Shown here: piece after piece, positions 59,582 to 64,000 of the stretch
How positions within the stretch are numbered: position 1 is the first letter of the stretch
Layout of the letters: each line of letters starts with the position of its first letter
DNA from: Deltaproteobacteria bacterium
GTDB lineage: Bacteria; Bdellovibrionota; FAC87; UBA2466
DNA: 64,000 nucleotides
Assembly (NCBI GenBank): GCA_016196825.1
Contig: JACPWY010000007.1
Coordinates: 2,468-66,467 of the forward strand
Direction: 5' to 3'
The notes under the pieces: generated by a model
Seen by the model: the letters and a program-made list of their open reading frames with translations, nothing else
What the model was told of the DNA's origin: nothing
Databases searched by the model: none
Made by a program: the position numbers and the translations under genes

Positions 59582-61282
59582 TTACCCCGAAATCACGGGA
59601 TCGTATATTTTCGAAGAAATGATTCCGGCCCCAGTGAGCGCCACGAGGACAAACGGAAGACTCAAAGGGCTCCAGAGAGAGGGCCAGATGAGGACCGCCG
59701 CGAGGAACCAAAGTAGTCGGTGGCCGAGGGCAAGTGTGGTGGCGAGTCGGCCGAAGGTCCGAGCGAATGCTGCTGAGAAAATGAGCGTTGCGAGGAGCGG
59801 GAGGAGGTAGGAGCCCTGGTGGAGGGAGGACCAGTTGGCGTTGAAGATGCTGAGGGTCCAGAAAAAGTAGGAGAGGGTGAGAAAGGCGAGCCAGCGGATG
59901 CCGTCGGCGACGCCAGTGGAGCGTTTGTGGATCGCCTGAACCCCGATCGCGAGAGCGCCGAGCCAAAGGATTCCGATCATGGGTCCGAAGTAGAAAAAAC
60001 TGTCGACTCGGTCGCCGCGAATGAGCGAAGGGAATGAGAATTCGAGTCGGGGGATTTCGGACTGGAAGGGAAATGAGACGGCGTTGGCCCAGCGGGTGTG
60101 AAGAATCTGGGACCAGGTTTGGGTGGCGTAGGCGTTGCGGAGCGCCTGCCAGACGGTGCGGGAATCGACGGCCTCAACGCCCGCGAAATGCATCTTGAGA
60201 AGGCGATTGCCGGGAGGGTCGTAGAAACGTTGGTACAGAGTCCAGGGGAGATAGAGCAGAAAGGCTGCCCCAAAAAATTGCGGCACGAGTCTGCGGTGAT
60301 GGGCGCGCACTACCCGGACGATCCAGGCCGGCACTAAGAGCGCCAAAGAGAAAAGCACGCCACCGTGGGCGAGGGCGCCGAGTGTGGTGAACGCGGCGCC
60401 CACGATTGTATTGAGGCGCGTGGGCTCGCGATAAAAGAGAAACACAACCCCAAAGAGTGCGAGCGAGGCCGAAAGAAACTTTGGCCACACAAACAGCGTG
60501 TTTACAAAAAAGAAGAAAGAGAAGAGGCAGAAAAGAAAGCTCAGCCGTCGGGCGGGGCCGGCCACGCCGACTGCATCAAGAAAAAAGAGCGCCGCGACCG
60601 CCCAGAGTGATTGGAACAGCACCGCCATGAGATGGTAGGTTTCGAAACGCTCGGCACCGAGAACGCTTCCAAGGGGGCGCAGAAGCAATGATAGCCCCGC
60701 CTGCAGCGGCGGCCGATCGCTGCTACGCCAGGTGCTGCCGGCGTCACGCGGGTCCTCGCCGTGCAGGAGATGGTGCGCCAGATCATCGGGAAGGTGCGGG
60801 TCGCCGGGCAGCGCCCAGCCGGGGAGTTGAAAGGAGAGAGTGAATGAGCCCTCTAAGGGCTCGCGAAGATTCTGCAGTCCTAGAGAGAGGAGAGCTACCC
60901 CGACCGCGAGTGCCAGCGGAGCGTAGACTCGGCGGGCGCGAAAAAGTGCGGGGCTTCCCGAGAGTGCTGCCACGGCCCATAGACCGGACGCTCCCATGCC
61001 GAGCCATCGGTTGAGAAAGAAGAGCCAAAAGACCGCGTAGCCTCCGAGAGCCACACCGAGCGTGACGAGTGCGGGGCGGTCCTTGTGCGGAGCGCCTCCG
61101 AACAATCGCTCAACGAGAAACGCAGGGGGTGCCAAGAGGAGCCACCCGCTCCCGCCCACCACAAGAACCATGCGGAACGCGCGCCCAAGGACGCTGAAAA
61201 AAAGATGGGCGCTGCTGCTGAGCTCAATCGTCGGCAAAGGGCTCCTTGAGGAATTTCCGCAGGCTACTCTCTCTGATCTCAT
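59582..61282 (-). CDS. Multi-TM GT-C-like membrane protein
   Basis: Many TM helices; W.SSDRPPLQ, F.WPK and PPGNRL motifs; start uncertain. Confidence 0.7.
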   Translation of the reverse strand: MRSERVACGNSSRSPLPTIELSSSAHLFFSVLGRAFRMVLVVGGSGWLLLAPPAFLVERLFGGAPHKDRPALVTLGVALGGYAVFWLFFLNRWLGMGASGLWAVAALSGSPALFRARRVYAPLALAVGVALLSLGLQNLREPLEGSFTLSFQLPGWALPGDPHLPDDLAHHLLHGEDPRDAGSTWRSSDRPPLQAGLSLLLRPLGSVLGAERFETYHLMAVLFQSLWAVAALFFLDAVGVAGPARRLSFLFCLFSFFFFVNTLFVWPKFLSASLALFGVVFLFYREPTRLNTIVGAAFTTLGALAHGGVLFSLALLVPAWIVRVVRAHHRRLVPQFFGAAFLLYLPWTLYQRFYDPPGNRLLKMHFAGVEAVDSRTVWQALRNAYATQTWSQILHTRWANAVSFPFQSEIPRLEFSFPSLIRGDRVDSFFYFGPMIGILWLGALAIGVQAIHKRSTGVADGIRWLAFLTLSYFFWTLSIFNANWSSLHQGSYLLPLLATLIFSAAFARTFGRLATTLALGHRLLWFLAAVLIWPSLWSPLSLPFVLVALTGAGIISSKIYDPVISG

Positions 61283-61373
61283 TTGTTAATGCTTGGGCAC
61301 ACCCTGGCCCCCAATTCCTTGCTGCGTGACTGCGGGCCTGACACGGTGAGGCCGCAACTCGAAAGGAGATTTG

Positions 61374-62393
61374 ATGGTACTCATAGCGGCCTTGATGGCA
61401 GCCCTCAGCTGGGGAGCTGACCTGAAGATCGATCTGGTGTCTGAACTGCACGTGCTCGAGGCGAGCACAGAGCAGGTCTTTGTGGATGGAAAGCTTTTCA
61501 GCGTGAACTCGGCGGCTGGTGCCGTCCAAATTTACGGAGAGCAGGCGAAGTATCTTGGGGCTGTGAAAATCGCGCACTCCATGGCACGGATCGCGCCGAT
61601 GGGTGATCACCAATTTGTGGTGTATGGAAAGCTCCAGGAGCCCTGGCGTTTTTACTACACCGTGGTCGATGCTCGTACCCTTCAGGCGACAGGTCATGAA
61701 ATTCGGGCCGACTATGATCTCTTCCCCGATCGGTTTGTCGCTCTCGCCAATGGTGAGATCTTTGCGTCGGATATTCCTGAGCGCGGGATCATGCACTATC
61801 GGCTGGGGGGCCGGGCCCAGAAGCTGAAGTTGGACATTGGGGTGCCTACCTTTCTCGCAGTGATTGGAAAGTCGCTCTTTGCGGTGGAGGATGGTCTGCT
61901 CTCCTCCAGCCATTCGAATCTGGTTCAGGTGGACCTTCAGTCGGGGGCTGTGAAGCGCTTTTTTGATAAGAGCGCCCTCCCTTCGCGCTTTTCGGGATTG
62001 AAATTGCTTTCCGATGGAAAGACTTTGGCGGCGAGCCAGATCTGGAGCGATCAGGTCGTTCTCATCGATACGCAGGCTGGCCAGGTGGCCAAGACACTCC
62101 CTGTCTCTGGAGGCCCCCGCGGAGTGGGGGAGGTTGGGCATTGTCTGGTTGTGGCGAGCGAGGAGAGTCGGCGCATCTCTTTCTGGGATAAGAACACCGG
62201 GGCCCAGGTGAATGAGTGGTCACTCTCGGGGGCGGATGATCGGCTCAAGAAACCGGGGACGATCTCGATCGATCCCGCAGGTCGCATCTTTGTGCGTTCA
62301 GCCTACCCATGTTTCGGGTGTCAGACGACCCAGAGCAGCCTTTGGGTCGTTGAAGAGGTGGGTGGAAAGACCTTCAGCGATTGTAAGCTCTAA
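61374..62393 (+). CDS. Secreted YVTN/YncE-like beta-propeller protein
   Basis: AAGGAG RBS; signal peptide; V.LIDT..G.V.KT...PRG blades. Confidence 0.7.
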   Translation: MVLIAALMAALSWGADLKIDLVSELHVLEASTEQVFVDGKLFSVNSAAGAVQIYGEQAKYLGAVKIAHSMARIAPMGDHQFVVYGKLQEPWRFYYTVVDARTLQATGHEIRADYDLFPDRFVALANGEIFASDIPERGIMHYRLGGRAQKLKLDIGVPTFLAVIGKSLFAVEDGLLSSSHSNLVQVDLQSGAVKRFFDKSALPSRFSGLKLLSDGKTLAASQIWSDQVVLIDTQAGQVAKTLPVSGGPRGVGEVGHCLVVASEESRRISFWDKNTGAQVNEWSLSGADDRLKKPGTISIDPAGRIFVRSAYPCFGCQTTQSSLWVVEEVGGKTFSDCKL

Positions 62394-62406
62394 GAAGTGA
62401 AAGCCG

Positions 62407-62436
62407 CTGGCCCCGCCCCTGAGGGGGCGGGGCCAG
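62407..62436 (+). terminator. Strong GC hairpin
   Basis: CTGGCCCCGCCCC-TGAG-GGGGCGGGGCCAG. Confidence 0.6.
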
Positions 62437-62474
62437 ACTTCCCATCAAAATAATTCCTGTCTATAGTCCCACGC

Positions 62475-62939
62475 ATGGAAAAAAAAGGATTGCAGGAGAC
62501 CTACGCGCCTCACAGCGAATGCTTCGGGTGTGGCCCCTCTAACTCGAAGGGGCTGAGAATTCGCAGTGTCCCCCAGGGTGATGAGGTGGTGGCTGAGTGG
62601 CGGGCGGAAAAATTTCATGAGGCCTTTCCGGGTGTCTTAAATGGCGGAATCATCGGAAGTCTTCTCGATTGCCATTCCAATTGGACAGCCGCTTATTTGA
62701 TCATGAAGTCGAATCAAGAGCAGACTCCACCGTGCACGGTGACCGCCGAATACCATGTGAAGCTCACGCGCCCCACGCCCACTGACGGGGTGATTTCGCT
62801 CAAGGCGCGGGCCAAAGAGGTGAAGGGCGATCGCGCGACGATCGAGGCAGAGTTGATAGCGGGCGGCAAGGTGTGTGCGACGTGTGTGGGGACCTTTGTG
62901 GCGGTTAAGCCGGGCCACCCGGCCTACCATCGTTGGTAA
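62475..62939 (+). CDS. PaaI/hotdog-fold thioesterase
   Basis: CFGCG..N..GL, LNGGII..LLD, CTVTA. Confidence 0.88.
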   Translation: MEKKGLQETYAPHSECFGCGPSNSKGLRIRSVPQGDEVVAEWRAEKFHEAFPGVLNGGIIGSLLDCHSNWTAAYLIMKSNQEQTPPCTVTAEYHVKLTRPTPTDGVISLKARAKEVKGDRATIEAELIAGGKVCATCVGTFVAVKPGHPAYHRW

Positions 62940-62940
62940 T

Positions 62941-63795
62941 ATGCTTTTGTTGGGTGCCCATATATCCATTGCTGGTGGCGTCGATAAGGCCATCGAGCGA
63001 GGTGAGAAGCTGGGGTGCGATGCCATTCAGATCTTCACGCAGTCGAGCCGCACCTGGAAATGTTTTCCGATTGCGGTACAGACCCAGGCAGCGTTTCGGA
63101 CGGCTTTGAAAACGGCCAAACGGGTGAAGCGGGTGGTGGCCCACAATTCGTACCTCCTCAATCTCAGCACGACCGACAGCGTGCACAGGAAACAATCGGT
63201 GCGTTTCTTCATCGACATCATGAACCAGTGCGAGTCGCTGGGGATTGAATCATTGATCACCCATCCAGGGAGCCACAAAGGTGAGGGGTTGGCAGCGGGG
63301 ATTCGGGCGACGGTGCAGAGTCTGAATGAAGTGATGAAGGCCTGTGCTGGATTTGAGACCCGGATATTGATGGAAAACACGGCTGGCCAGGGCGATTGCA
63401 TTGGCCACCGATTCGAGGAGTTGCGATCGATCGTTTCCGCGACAAGTGATCCCGATCGGATCGGGTTTTGTTTTGACACGCAACACGCCTTTGCCGCCGG
63501 GTATGATCTCCGAACTCAGGCCGACTATGAGGCGACATTCGACCAATTCGAGCGCTTACTGGGTATAAAGAAAATTGGGGCCTTTCATCTCAACGACGCG
63601 GTCAAGGAATTTGGCAGTCGAGTGGATCGCCATGCGAACATCGGCGAAGGTTTTCTGGGAAAAGAGCCATTTCAATTTCTGCTCAATGACAAGCGATTTC
63701 GAGGTGTGCCGATGTGCCTCGAAACCGATCCAGGCGAAGATGATCGCAAACATAAGAAGGATCTGAAGACACTTCGTTCGCTCGTTTCGCGTTGA
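62941..63795 (+). CDS. nfo: Endonuclease IV (AP endonuclease)
   Basis: GAHISIAGG, HNSYLLN, HPG, ENTAGQG, DTQH, HLND, DRH, ET. Confidence 0.95.
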   Translation: MLLLGAHISIAGGVDKAIERGEKLGCDAIQIFTQSSRTWKCFPIAVQTQAAFRTALKTAKRVKRVVAHNSYLLNLSTTDSVHRKQSVRFFIDIMNQCESLGIESLITHPGSHKGEGLAAGIRATVQSLNEVMKACAGFETRILMENTAGQGDCIGHRFEELRSIVSATSDPDRIGFCFDTQHAFAAGYDLRTQADYEATFDQFERLLGIKKIGAFHLNDAVKEFGSRVDRHANIGEGFLGKEPFQFLLNDKRFRGVPMCLETDPGEDDRKHKKDLKTLRSLVSR

Positions 63796-63947
63796 GTCAT
63801 CAGCGTTGGCGGGGCAATTCGGGCGTCGACAGGAACGCAATCGCGCCGTGCCATGACTCTTCTCGACCGCTTCACCATTCTGGCCGCGTGTTGGGGGACA
63901 ACACACTTTCAAAAACCAGACTCTGAAACAAGGACAAAAGGGGCGGC

Positions 63948-64000
63948 ATGAAAAACCATACCACTTCGACAAGGGTGTACTCTATCCTCATGGTTGCGTT
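63948..64000 (+). CDS. Start of a probable secreted protein (partial)
   Basis: AGGGG RBS-like sequence; MKNHTTSTRVYSILMVA open to the edge. Confidence 0.4.
   Translation, partial: MKNHTTSTRVYSILMVA

Noticed and set aside
63800-63947. c-di-GMP or other riboswitch before the last ORF
   Set aside because: Only fragments (GGCAA, ACGCAA) match; the required stems and GNRA loop could not be formed.
1-64000. CRISPR array, cas genes, rRNA or prophage
   Set aside because: No spaced direct-repeat array, Cas motifs, rRNA-like sequence or phage structural genes seen; the HNH protein lacks RuvC/Cas9 context.

Overview
Bacterial chromosomal window, gene-dense and moderately GC-rich. Gene content (HTH-DUF4423/TIGR02147 regulator, toxin-less YD/RHS protein, DUF222-like HNH protein, TPR-wHTH regulator, many secreted orphans) suggests Bdellovibrionota or a related former delta-proteobacterial lineage; this is inference. 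Housekeeping and metabolic genes include a fused GltD/NfnB-NfnA-like oxidoreductase, recD2, copA, crcB, TolC+RND, nfo, rfaE2 and tRNA-Arg(UCG). An AT-richer accessory island (~14.7-22.1 kb) holds an HNH gene, an integrase+IS91-type transposase element bounded by inverted ends (integrase split by a -1 shift at an A9 run), an amber-interrupted secreted amidoligase-like gene, a papain-like protease and a degenerate copy of part of the HNH gene. Other observations: two palindromic MITE-like elements with unrelated termini but a shared internal structure, three uncharacterised enzyme clusters (diiron oxygenase/epoxide hydrolase/M24/SDR/desaturase; PHP/GT21/GH1; GatZ-like/cupin/GT2/NTP-transferase-kinase/HAD), five GT-C-like membrane proteins, and a recurrent leaderless-promoter signature. 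No CRISPR array or rRNA was seen. All family calls come from motif recognition by eye, not database searches.
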